A stretch of 64,000 nucleotides of DNA from Thermoplasmata archaeon (lineage in GTDB: Archaea > Thermoplasmatota > Thermoplasmata > Lutacidiplasmatales > UBA184), in contig DATJRQ010000008.1 of the NCBI GenBank assembly GCA_035504595.1, forward strand, positions 28,065 to 92,064. Direction: 5' to 3'. The notes under the pieces were generated by a model, which saw only the letters and a program-made list of their open reading frames with translations, had not been told where the DNA came from and did no database searches. The position numbers were made by a program, and so were the translations under genes. Of this stretch, positions 1-8,320 are shown in pieces (positions within the stretch are counted from its first letter, which is position 1; the number at the start of each line of letters is the position of its first letter).

Positions 1-1
1 A

Positions 2-697
2 CGGGCCGATCGGGTGTATCTCGTCACCCGAGGAGATCGGGACGCCGCCGCGCCGTTCGTCGCGGAGGTTCGACGCCGGCTTGCCGCCGCGGCGTGGCCG
101 GTGGACGTACGGGTCGTCGGCACCGACCCGTGGAGCGTCTTCGAGACGCTCGCCAGCTATCGCGTCATCTTTGAGACCGAGCGACGGGTGGCGCGCGGCG
201 CGCCCGGCGTCCTCCCCCTGCGCGTGAACGTCTCCACGGGGACCAAGATCACCGCGATCGCCGGCACGCTCGCGTGCATGCTGTGGAACGGTGAGCCGTA
301 CTACGCCCAGGTCTCCCGGTCGTGGTACTCCGGCCGGACCCCGAAGGTCCACGCCGTGAACGACGTGGTCGATCGGATCGAACCGGTGCATGTGTACGAG
401 CTCCGTTCGCCGTCGCCGGAGCTCGTCGAGGTCCTCGTGGCCCTCCGGCGCCGGGGAGGTGCCCTTCGGAAACGGGAGCTCATCCGCGAACTCGGACTCG
501 ACCGGCCGGGCCCCAACGGCGCACCGGCCGCGTCCCCGCAAGCCCAGCACGGCCGCCTCCGTCGCCGGCTCGAGCCCCTCGAGGAACGTTGGGGGTTCGT
601 CGCCTCCGAGGCCGCCGGGCCCCGCGCCCGCGTTCGCCTCACCGACCAGGGACGCGTCGCCCTCGCCCTGTTCGGTACGGACCGAGCGATTCACTGA
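2..697 (+). CDS. CARF/Csa3-like sensor domain fused to a C-terminal winged-helix regulator (HFX_2341/DUF6293-like); 5' end cut by window edge
   Basis: The frame of ORF 14..697 stays open back to base 2 (..RADRVYLV..), so the N-terminus lies upstream. The loop VNVSTGTKITAIAGTLA resembles the CARF/Csa3 T-G-x-K loop. The C-terminal ELVEVLVALRRRGGALRKRELIRELGL reads as a wHTH. Confidence 0.5.
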   Translation, partial: RADRVYLVTRGDRDAAAPFVAEVRRRLAAAAWPVDVRVVGTDPWSVFETLASYRVIFETERRVARGAPGVLPLRVNVSTGTKITAIAGTLACMLWNGEPYYAQVSRSWYSGRTPKVHAVNDVVDRIEPVHVYELRSPSPELVEVLVALRRRGGALRKRELIRELGLDRPGPNGAPAASPQAQHGRLRRRLEPLEERWGFVASEAAGPRARVRLTDQGRVALALFGTDRAIH

Positions 698-707
698 ATT
701 AACGATT

Positions 708-717
708 GTAACGTTAC
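708..717. promoter_or_regulatory. Perfect 10-bp palindrome GTAACGTTAC in the only AT-rich island of the 698-1022 spacer
   Basis: Read directly (cgattGTAACGTTACtaagtc). It lies 11 nt after the stop of the CARF-wHTH gene. Its function is unknown. Confidence 0.25.
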
Positions 718-1022
718 TAAGTCTAAGTACAGCCCTGCCGTAGTTCCGTCCGTGGACGCAGGGAGCGGCTCGGAAGGTCTCGGGGTGGAAGACCGGACCT
801 CTCGGGCGACCGCACCGCCGGTGCCCGAGACGGTCTTCGGACCGTGGCCGACGCGGGGCGCGTCCGCGCGGGACCGCGGCCCTCCGATGGCCCCCGCTCC
901 TCCGCCTCCCTCTCCCCGGAGCCCTCGAGGTCCCCGGCGAACGCCGGGCCCTCGCTGGCTCCGTCTGTGACCTCGTTCCACCGTCGGCTCCTCCCAAGCG
1001 ATAAGGGCGCCGTCGCGCTCCG

Positions 1023-1514
1023 ATGGACGTGGGGTCCCACCACCCCGGCGGTCTCCTGTCGCTGCTTCGCCAAGGGCTCACGATCGGGGTCCAATTCGGG
1101 ACCCAATCGCTCGAAGCGCTCCTCTGGGTCGCCCAGTCGATCGAGGAGGGGATCTACGCCGACGGTTCCCTCCGGCGGACGCCGGACGGGATCGCTTTCG
1201 AGCTCGACAACCCGATCCTCCGCGTCGGAGCGTTCTCGGACCTGAGCCTCCGGGTCAACGGAACCCAGGTTCCCGGGGACCGGGTGCGCCTGCGTTCGGG
1301 CGAAGGCACGGAGTGGCGGCTCGGCAGCTCGATCCGCCGCGACGCTCCGTGGGAGCTCCGCCCGGGCGACCGCTCGGAGTTCGAGGTCCAGGGCTCGTTC
1401 GGTCACGATACGGACCCAATCACGGTCCGCATCGAGCTCCGAACTCCCGCGATCCCCCCGGTCGTGTGGTTCGAGTTCACCGAGAAGCCGGTCCAGGAGG
1501 GGGCGGCCCGATGA
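1023..1514 (+). CDS. Hypothetical small beta-rich protein, translationally coupled to the downstream glycosidase
   Basis: ATG start. Its stop overlaps the next ATG (ATGA at 1511-1514). The composition is protein-like with no P/R/G bias. CGATAAGG, a TATA-like element, sits about 20 nt upstream. Confidence 0.65.
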   Translation: MDVGSHHPGGLLSLLRQGLTIGVQFGTQSLEALLWVAQSIEEGIYADGSLRRTPDGIAFELDNPILRVGAFSDLSLRVNGTQVPGDRVRLRSGEGTEWRLGSSIRRDAPWELRPGDRSEFEVQGSFGHDTDPITVRIELRTPAIPPVVWFEFTEKPVQEGAAR

Positions 1515-3679
1515 GCTCTCCTTCTCCGCCGAAGTCGCCGGTGCTCCTGACGAGCCTCTCCTCGGCGGCGCTGCTGGACGGGGCCGGGGACCTGTCGCTG
1601 CCACGGGAGATGCGGGGCACCACCGTCGACTGGGGCGGGGTGATGGGGCAGTGCGTCCGCCTCACCGGCCCCTGGCGGGTCTCGTTGCGGTCCGGGGAGC
1701 GCGAGACCACGCTCCCCGAGACTCTCGTGTCGGCGGAGAGGATACCGGGAGGATGGCGCAGCCACCACCGGTGGGGCGGCTACGACCTCGTCCAGACGAT
1801 CGCGGCGGTCGGGGAGGTCCCCGGGGTCGTCCGCAGCCTGGACCTCTCGCGAACCGAAGGAACGAGCGCGGACCTTACGGTGGTGAGTTCGTTCGCGCCG
1901 TTCCTGCTCCCGGTCCTCGTCGAGGGACTTCGCCCGTGCTCGTTCCAGCTCCAGACCGAGGCGGACGACCTGCGGATCCGCCAGCGCGGATTCGGCCTCG
2001 CGGTGACATCGAACGTGGCGCCGAGCGAGCTTCTCCTCAACCGTGCGTCGTGGATCGGGGGGAAGTACCGGGGTCGCGTCGACGAGCTCGCGATCGAGTA
2101 TCCCCTCGACGTACCCGTGGCGCGCACGGTGGCGTGGCGCTCCCTCATCTACGGGGGGCTCGAGCGCGACATCGAACCCGCCACCGCGCTCGCCCGGGGC
2201 GTGGTCGGGGAGCCCTCCGCGGCGATCGGCGCGGTCGCGGGAGCCGACGAGCACTGGCTGGCCGCCGCCCCGGTCCTCCGGTTCCCGGACGCGCCCGCGC
2301 TCGAGGGCGCCTATCGGTCCGCGTGCGCCGCGCTGCGTCGTCTGTACAGTTCGCCCGGCGATGGGCTGGTGGGTCTCGTGGCCGGCTATCCGTGGTACTC
2401 GGCGATCTGGGGCCGCGACCTGGCCTGGATGCTGTGGGCCGTCCTGTGGGTGGGCGACTTCGAGTGGGCGAGCCGGTCGATCGACTCGGTGCTCCGGTTC
2501 CAGTCGCGGTCGCGGGTCCCGATCCTCGGCGGAGAACCCGGCGAGCTCGCGATGCAGGTCTCGCCCGGCCCGATCTTCTTCTACGGAACCTCCGACACGA
2601 CGCTGTACTATCCGCTCCTGATCGACGGCCTCCTCCGCCACTCGGGCGGGCCCGCACCGGGGCCCGATCGGCTCCGCGCGCTGCGCGACATGATCGCGTG
2701 GGGCGAGGGGCGCACCGACCCCGCGACCGGGCTGCTCCGGAACGGCGGAGAGGCCGAGGAGATCAGCACGGCGACCGCCTCGCTCGCGCGGGTGCGGGCC
2801 GGGATCAATTCGCCCGACACGACGATCTGGGATTCGACGGACCGGCGCGACCACGCTGTCGACATCCAGGTGCTGTGGTACCGGTCGCTCCGGGCGGCGG
2901 CCTCGCTGGTGGGCACGTCACCGGACCACGAATCCGACCGATGGTGCGCGCTCGCCGACCGGACGGCGGAGGCGATACGGTCCCGGTATCGGTGGGACGA
3001 AGAAGGGTACCTCTACGACTCCATACGCGGCGGCGCGCCCGTCGGCCAGCTACGGCCGAACGCGCTTCGGGCGGTGAGCGCGGGACTCCTCGACCCCGCG
3101 TTCACGAAGACGGTGGTCCGGCGCGCTGCCCGGGACGACCTCACGACGTCGTGGGGCCTGCGCACCCTCTCCTCGAGCGACCCGAAGTACGACCCGGTCG
3201 CGTACCACGACGGCGAGGTGTGGACGATCGCGACCGCTTGGGCGGCCGACGCGGCCCTCGTCGCCGGAGAGGCGGACCTCGGTTGGCGCTACCTGTCCAC
3301 GATCGCGGACCGGTATGACCGGGAAGCGGGGTGGGCCAACGAATGCTACCGGGGGGACCGCGACGCTCCGTTCGATTCCTGCTTCCTGCTCGGGTTCAGC
3401 GTGGCGCCGTTCCTGACCGTCCTGTTCGAGCGTCTCTGGGGGCTCTACGTCGACGCGCGGCTCCCCCTGCTCCGGGTGTCGCCACGCTTTCCCGCCTCCT
3501 GGAGGTCGGCGTCGATCGACCGGCTCCGGTTCGGCAGCGGGATCGTCGCGCTCGACTGGACCCCGGCCCGGCTCCGCGTCACCTGGGAGGGGCCCGGCGA
3601 CCTGGCGGTCGATGTGGGAGCAGGGCCGGTCGCCGTCGCGAGCGGAACGCCGTGCGACCTTCCGTGGCCGACCTCGTAG
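1511..3679 (+). CDS. Amylo-alpha-1,6-glucosidase / glycogen-debranching-enzyme C-domain family (GDE_C, alpha-alpha toroid) glycosidase
   Basis: Internal ATG at 1511 of ORF 1313..3679, in an ATGA overlap with the upstream gene. Motifs AGYPWYSAIWGRDLAWML, HAVDIQVLWYRSL and YHDGEVWTIATAW are typical of GDE_C. Confidence 0.85.
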   Translation: MSSPSPPKSPVLLTSLSSAALLDGAGDLSLPREMRGTTVDWGGVMGQCVRLTGPWRVSLRSGERETTLPETLVSAERIPGGWRSHHRWGGYDLVQTIAAVGEVPGVVRSLDLSRTEGTSADLTVVSSFAPFLLPVLVEGLRPCSFQLQTEADDLRIRQRGFGLAVTSNVAPSELLLNRASWIGGKYRGRVDELAIEYPLDVPVARTVAWRSLIYGGLERDIEPATALARGVVGEPSAAIGAVAGADEHWLAAAPVLRFPDAPALEGAYRSACAALRRLYSSPGDGLVGLVAGYPWYSAIWGRDLAWMLWAVLWVGDFEWASRSIDSVLRFQSRSRVPILGGEPGELAMQVSPGPIFFYGTSDTTLYYPLLIDGLLRHSGGPAPGPDRLRALRDMIAWGEGRTDPATGLLRNGGEAEEISTATASLARVRAGINSPDTTIWDSTDRRDHAVDIQVLWYRSLRAAASLVGTSPDHESDRWCALADRTAEAIRSRYRWDEEGYLYDSIRGGAPVGQLRPNALRAVSAGLLDPAFTKTVVRRAARDDLTTSWGLRTLSSSDPKYDPVAYHDGEVWTIATAWAADAALVAGEADLGWRYLSTIADRYDREAGWANECYRGDRDAPFDSCFLLGFSVAPFLTVLFERLWGLYVDARLPLLRVSPRFPASWRSASIDRLRFGSGIVALDWTPARLRVTWEGPGDLAVDVGAGPVAVASGTPCDLPWPTS

Positions 3680-3737
3680 GGGACACGGACCTCTCGTTCC
3701 TCAAAGAGGTGATAACCTCGCGCGCGAACCGCGGCCG

Positions 3738-4670
3738 ATGGCGAACGCGATCGAGGTCCAGCACCTCGTCAAGCGGTACGGGGACCTCGCCGCCGTCAAC
3801 GACATCGAGTTCTCGGTCGCCCCGGGGACCGTCTTCTCGTTCCTCGGTCCCAACGGGGCCGGCAAGACGACGACCACCGAGATCCTGGAGGGACTTCGCC
3901 GCGTCACCTCGGGCACGGTGCGCGTCCTCGACCTCGACCCGTGGACCGACGCCTACGAGCTCCACCGGAAGATCGGCGTCATCCCGCAAGATTTCCGTTT
4001 CTTCGAGAAGATCACACCGCGCGAGGCGATCGAGTACTACGGGCGGCTGTTCGGAACGCATCCGGATCCGATCGACCTGCTCCGCCGGGTCCAGCTCTCC
4101 GACAAGGCGCACGCCCGGTTCGACACGCTCTCGGGCGGCCAGAAGCAGAAGGTCGGCCTCGCCCTCGCGCTCACGAACGACCCGAAGGTGTGCTTCCTCG
4201 ACGAACCGACGACCGGCCTCGACCCGACCGCCCGACGCGCGATCTGGGAGGTGATCCGCTCGCTCAAGTCGGAGGGGCGGACGGTGTTCCTGACGACCCA
4301 CTACCTCGAGGAGGCGGAGCTGCTCGCCGACCACGTCGCGATCATCAACCACGGCCGCATCATCGCCGCGGGGACGCCGACGGAGATCATCTCCGAGTAC
4401 GGGCGCCCCGAGCGGTTGAGCTTCCGGGCCCCGTCCGCGCTGGCGGAGTACCTCCGGGGGAAGGTCGGGCTCCCGGTGTCGGTTGCGGACGGACGGGTCG
4501 AGGTCGAGCTGGCCCAGAAGAAGGACGCGGTGCGCGTGCTCGCGGCGGTCGACGCGAGCGGCCTCCCGTGGGAGACGTTCTCGACCGTCCAGGACACGCT
4601 CGAGGACGTGTTCGTCCGCCTGGTGGGCCAGATGGATGACGGGACGCTCAAGTCGGAGACGAGCGCGTGA
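3738..4670 (+). CDS. ABC transporter ATP-binding protein (ABC-2/DrrA-like)
   Basis: Walker A GPNGAGKTT, signature LSGGQKQK, Walker B VCFLDEPTTGLD. The ATG at 3738 gives the usual N-terminus MANAIEVQHLVKRYG. Confidence 0.93.
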   Translation: MANAIEVQHLVKRYGDLAAVNDIEFSVAPGTVFSFLGPNGAGKTTTTEILEGLRRVTSGTVRVLDLDPWTDAYELHRKIGVIPQDFRFFEKITPREAIEYYGRLFGTHPDPIDLLRRVQLSDKAHARFDTLSGGQKQKVGLALALTNDPKVCFLDEPTTGLDPTARRAIWEVIRSLKSEGRTVFLTTHYLEEAELLADHVAIINHGRIIAAGTPTEIISEYGRPERLSFRAPSALAEYLRGKVGLPVSVADGRVEVELAQKKDAVRVLAAVDASGLPWETFSTVQDTLEDVFVRLVGQMDDGTLKSETSA

Positions 4671-5767
4671 GGCCGGCCCGGGTCCTGGCCGACCTCAAAA
4701 TCGTCGTGCGGTCGTACCTCCGCAACCCGGTCGCCCTGTTCTTCTCCCTGCTGTTCCCGATCATCCTGATCGGGCTGTTCGGCCTCATCTTCTCGGCGGT
4801 GGGCAACGCGTCGGTCACGGTCCAGGTGATCAACCTGGACCACGGCTCGCCGGGAAGCGTCCAGTTCCTCGCCGCGCTCAACAACACGAGCGTCGTCAAG
4901 GTGAACGTTGTCGACTGGAACGCGACCAACTTCGGCACGCTGCTCGGCCAGAACGACGACCCGGTCGGGCTGATCATACCGGCCGGTTTCAATGCGAGCT
5001 TAGCGACCCATACTCCGACCAACGTCACCATCTTCGTCGACCCGGCCGATGCGTCCTCGAGCGGCACCGTGATCGGCGCGGTCGAGGGCGTGGCGAGCGC
5101 GTTCAACCTCCACCTGGCCAACGGCACCGCGGTCGTCGGGTTCACGACCGAGAACGTCGGGAGCAAGGTGTTCAGCTACATCGACTACCTGATCCCCGGC
5201 CTGATCGGATTCTCGATCCTGACGAGCCCGATGTTCTCGATGGTCGACGTCGCGGCCGGGTACCGAAAGGACGGGATCTTCCGCGAGCTTTCCCTGACCC
5301 CGCTCACGCGGGCGGAGTGGCTCACCTCCCACATCCTGTGGTACACCGCGCTCACCTTCCTCACCGCCGGGATCATGATCGGCGCCGGCGCCGAGCTGTT
5401 CGGCGCGTCCGTGAACATCACGCTCGGGATCATCCCGTTCCTGATCGTCGGGCCGCTTCTCTTCGTCTCGCTCGGGATGCTCGCGGGGTCGGTCGCGAAG
5501 ACCCCCGAGAGCGCGGCCCTGATCGGGAACATCATCACGTTCCCGATGATGTTCCTCTCGGGAACGTTCTTCCAGGTCTCGATGTTCCCGCCGGCGCTCC
5601 AGACGTTTGCGCGCGTGCTGCCGCTCTACTACGTCATCGATGGGATGAACCAGGTGATGCTGTTCGAGAACTCGACCCGGGCGCTCACCGACTTCGCGGT
5701 CGTCCTCGTGACCGCGCTCGTCATCTTCGTCCTCGCGATCCGGTTCTTCCAGTGGCGGGACGAGTGA
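4667..5767 (+). CDS. ABC-2 type transporter permease
   Basis: GTG start in a GTGA overlap with the ATPase stop. Multi-pass hydrophobic protein with a large extracytoplasmic loop after TM1, as in ABC-2 permeases. Confidence 0.88.
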   Translation: MRPARVLADLKIVVRSYLRNPVALFFSLLFPIILIGLFGLIFSAVGNASVTVQVINLDHGSPGSVQFLAALNNTSVVKVNVVDWNATNFGTLLGQNDDPVGLIIPAGFNASLATHTPTNVTIFVDPADASSSGTVIGAVEGVASAFNLHLANGTAVVGFTTENVGSKVFSYIDYLIPGLIGFSILTSPMFSMVDVAAGYRKDGIFRELSLTPLTRAEWLTSHILWYTALTFLTAGIMIGAGAELFGASVNITLGIIPFLIVGPLLFVSLGMLAGSVAKTPESAALIGNIITFPMMFLSGTFFQVSMFPPALQTFARVLPLYYVIDGMNQVMLFENSTRALTDFAVVLVTALVIFVLAIRFFQWRDE

Positions 5768-6300
5768 CGGACCTCCCCGAGCCCCCTCCGGTCGACGCGA
5801 GCGCGTTCCGGACGCTCATGAGCCGCTGGGCGACCGGCGTCTCCGTCGTCACGGCCCACGCCGCGGGGCACGACGCGGGGCTCACGGTCAACGCCCTCCT
5901 CTCGGTGTCCCTTGCGCCGCCGGCGCTGCTCGTGAGCCTCTCGAACGACGTCGACACGCTCCCGCTGATCGAGCGCGCCGGCCGGTTCGGCGTGACGTTC
6001 CTTTCGGCCGAGCAGCGTTCGCTGAGCGAGCGGTTCGCGCAGACGCTCCCGTCCGACGAGAAGTTCCGCGGGGTGGCGGTCCACCGCGGGCCCGGGGGCT
6101 CCGCCCTGCTCGACGGGGGTCTTGCCGCGCTCGAATGCCGCCTCCTCTCGCGAACGCCGATGTTCGACCATACGCTCGTGGTTGGCGAGGTCGTGCACAC
6201 CGAGGTCGGGATCGAGCGGACGCCGCTCCTGTTCTACCGTTCGGGGTACGCCGAGTCGGACGGCTCCGACCGCCTCCGGTTGGCCCCCCGTCGGCCGTAA
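5764..6300 (+). CDS. Flavin reductase-like FMN-binding domain protein
   Basis: C-terminal part of ORF 4483..6300, with a GTG at 5764 in a GTGA overlap with the permease stop. FRTLMSRWATGVSVVT and LVVGEVVH are typical of the Flavin_Reduct family. Confidence 0.8.
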   Translation: MTDLPEPPPVDASAFRTLMSRWATGVSVVTAHAAGHDAGLTVNALLSVSLAPPALLVSLSNDVDTLPLIERAGRFGVTFLSAEQRSLSERFAQTLPSDEKFRGVAVHRGPGGSALLDGGLAALECRLLSRTPMFDHTLVVGEVVHTEVGIERTPLLFYRSGYAESDGSDRLRLAPRRP

Positions 6301-6340
6301 GCGCGGGGCTTTAACCCCCCGCTTCGTCGTACGGGGGGCC

Positions 6341-7318
6341 ATGAACGACGTTCCGCGCCACTCCCGTGTCGTCATCATCGGGAGCGGCCCCGCGGGGCTC
6401 ACCGCCGCCCTGTACGCCGCGCGCGCGGAGCTGAGGCCGATCGTCATCACCGGCGTCCCCGCGGGGGGCCAGCTCCTCATCACGACCGAGGTCGAGAACT
6501 ACCCCGGCTTCCCGGACGGGATCCAGGGGCCCGAGCTCGTCGAGCGGATGCGCCGGCAGGCGGCACGGTTCGGGGCCCAGTTCGTGGACGACAACGTGAC
6601 GAAGGTCGACTTCCGGCGCCGGCCGTTCCACGTCGGGACCGGCGCGCAGGGGGCGTTCACCGCGGACGCGGTGATCGTCGCGACGGGCGCGAGCGCGCGG
6701 TGGCTGAACCTGCCGTCGGAGACCGCCCTTCGCGGGAAGGGGATCTCGGCGTGCGCCACGTGCGACGGGTTCTTCTTCAAGGGAAAGGAGCTCGCCGTCG
6801 TCGGCGGCGGCGACACCGCGATGGAGGAGGCGCTTTTCCTCACGAACTTCAGCCCGCACGTGACGATCATCCACCGGCGCGGCGACCTCCGCGCGAGCGC
6901 GATCATGCAGGCGCGCGCGCGGGCGAACCCGAAGATCTCGATCCTGCTCGACACCGAGGTCGCGGAGGTGCTCGGCCGCGACTCGGTCGTCGGGCTGAAG
7001 CTCACTCACGGGAAGACCGGCAAGGGCTCGGAGCTGCCCGTGCAGGGGCTGTTCGTCGCGATCGGCTACGACCCCGCGACCGAGGTGTTCCGGGGCCATC
7101 TCGACCTCACCGAGAAGGGATACATCAAGCTCCACGAGCACTCGCGCACGAGCGTCGAGGGCGTCTTCGCCGCGGGCGATGTCCACGATCACCGGTACCG
7201 CCAGGCGGTCACCGCGGCGGGCGCTGGCTGCATGGCCTCGATCGACGCGGAGCGGTGGCTCGCCGAGCAGGAAGGCCCCGCCGCCGCGGCGACGCCGCCG
7301 CTCGCGGCCCCCCGCTGA
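6341..7318 (+). CDS. trxB: Thioredoxin-disulfide reductase
   Basis: ATG at 6341 inside ORF 6122..7318. FAD motif VIIGSGPAGLTAA, redox-active CATC (ISACATCDGFFF) and NADPH motif VVGGGDTAMEEA. Confidence 0.95.
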   Translation: MNDVPRHSRVVIIGSGPAGLTAALYAARAELRPIVITGVPAGGQLLITTEVENYPGFPDGIQGPELVERMRRQAARFGAQFVDDNVTKVDFRRRPFHVGTGAQGAFTADAVIVATGASARWLNLPSETALRGKGISACATCDGFFFKGKELAVVGGGDTAMEEALFLTNFSPHVTIIHRRGDLRASAIMQARARANPKISILLDTEVAEVLGRDSVVGLKLTHGKTGKGSELPVQGLFVAIGYDPATEVFRGHLDLTEKGYIKLHEHSRTSVEGVFAAGDVHDHRYRQAVTAAGAGCMASIDAERWLAEQEGPAAAATPPLAAPR

Positions 7319-7380
7319 CGCCGTTCCCATCAACTCGAATTGACGACCCGTCCATATACCGACCGGCCGAGTCGCCGAGC

Positions 7381-8001
7381 ATGGTTCCCCACGGTGCGAC
7401 CACGGCGGCGGCCTCGGATCTGCCAGCGAGCTTTTGGGTGCGCCATGCGAAACCGCTGAAGACGGCGTTCCGTCTGCTGCTCGGGATCGCGTGGCTCACC
7501 GACGGGGTCCTGAAGTTCACTTCGGGCTTCGTGAACGACTTCCTCTCCTCGGTCCAGGCGTCGCAGGCCGCCGCGCCGAGCTGGCTCTCCCCCTGGTTCA
7601 ACTTCTGGGCGAGCCAGGCGTCCAGCAACGCGACGACGATCGTCTACACGGTCGGGGCGCTGGAGATCGCGCTCGGCGTCGCGCTGCTCCTCGGCTTCCT
7701 ACGGAAGGTCGCGTACATCGGCGGCCTGGCCCTCGGCCTCCTGATCTGGGCCGTGCCGGAGGGATTCGGCGGTCCGTACCAGGTCGGCTCCGGCGGGACG
7801 GACATCGGGACGGGGATCATCTACGCGATCGCGTTCCTCGGCCTGATCGTGATCAACGCGACGTACGGCCCGAGCCGCTACAGCCTCGACTACTACATCG
7901 AGCGCCGGTTCCCCCGCTGGGCCCGGATCGCCGAGTTCGGCACCTACGCCCGACCGGCGCCGACGCCCGTCGCGGTCCCGACCCCGCCCTCGACCGCGTA
8001 G
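7381..8001 (+). CDS. DoxX-like integral membrane protein
   Basis: ATG at 7381 inside ORF 6700..8001, with CCATATAC about 25 nt upstream. Four hydrophobic helices; LLLGIAWLTDGVLKF is DoxX-like. Confidence 0.7.
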   Translation: MVPHGATTAAASDLPASFWVRHAKPLKTAFRLLLGIAWLTDGVLKFTSGFVNDFLSSVQASQAAAPSWLSPWFNFWASQASSNATTIVYTVGALEIALGVALLLGFLRKVAYIGGLALGLLIWAVPEGFGGPYQVGSGGTDIGTGIIYAIAFLGLIVINATYGPSRYSLDYYIERRFPRWARIAEFGTYARPAPTPVAVPTPPSTA

Positions 8002-8063
8002 TCGAACCTTTTCGCCGCTCCCCCGGGGGTTCCCTCGGGGGAGCGGTTCCTCCGCCCCACAGT

Positions 8064-8072
8064 CTTTAATAT
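8064..8072 (+). promoter_or_regulatory. TATA-like box (CTTTAATAT) upstream of the ferredoxin/GGR pair
   Basis: AT-rich element in GC-rich DNA, about 32-40 nt upstream of the TTG start at 8104. Confidence 0.4.
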
Positions 8073-8103
8073 CGAACGCTCCGGTGCGAACCGAGGAGCG
8101 GCG

Positions 8104-8295
8104 TTGCCGAGCAAGAAGAGCCTGCACATCGAGGCGTCCGGCCAGCTGTGCATCTACTGCGGGGCGTGCGTGGGGATCTGCCCGCTGAACTGCATCTACC
8201 TGGACGAGACCCGCATCACGTTCGACGAGAAGGTCTGCACGCGCTGCGAGATCTGCGTGAAGGCGTGCCCGGTCGGTGCGATCGAGATCGGGTAA
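8104..8295 (+). CDS. 2x[4Fe-4S] ferredoxin
   Basis: Two CxxCxxCxxxCP motifs (CIYCGACVGICP and CTRCEICVKACP). TTG start per the ORF track. Confidence 0.88.
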   Translation: MPSKKSLHIEASGQLCIYCGACVGICPLNCIYLDETRITFDEKVCTRCEICVKACPVGAIEIG

Positions 8296-8320
8296 CCCCG
8301 TCCTCGCGGAGAGAACGATC

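Noticed and set aside
740-1000. SRP (7S) RNA in either of the two structured spacers (740-1000 or 36982-37413). Both contain GGAA- or CCAGGCCC-like fragments.
   Set aside because: The conserved helix 8 core (..CAGGCCCGGAAGGGAGCA..) is absent on both strands. The 5' and 3' ends do not form a long helix 5.
1403-2854. Long antisense/shadow ORFs opposite recognised genes. Examples: 723..1604, 1403..2854, 8216..9562, 9399..10628, 13206..14729, 16334..18199, 30023..32557, 40046..42025 (N-terminal part) and 62047..63861.
   Set aside because: Their products are Arg/Pro/Gly/Ala-rich low-complexity strings with no motifs. Each lies opposite or out of frame to a gene with clear family signatures. Such open frames are expected in DNA of about 70% GC, where stop codons are rare.
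4483-5763. N-terminal 427 aa of the 605-aa ORF 4483..6300, as if it were one large protein.
   Set aside because: That part overlaps the ABC ATPase and permease genes out of frame and is low-complexity. Only the part from GTG 5764 (flavin reductase) looks real.
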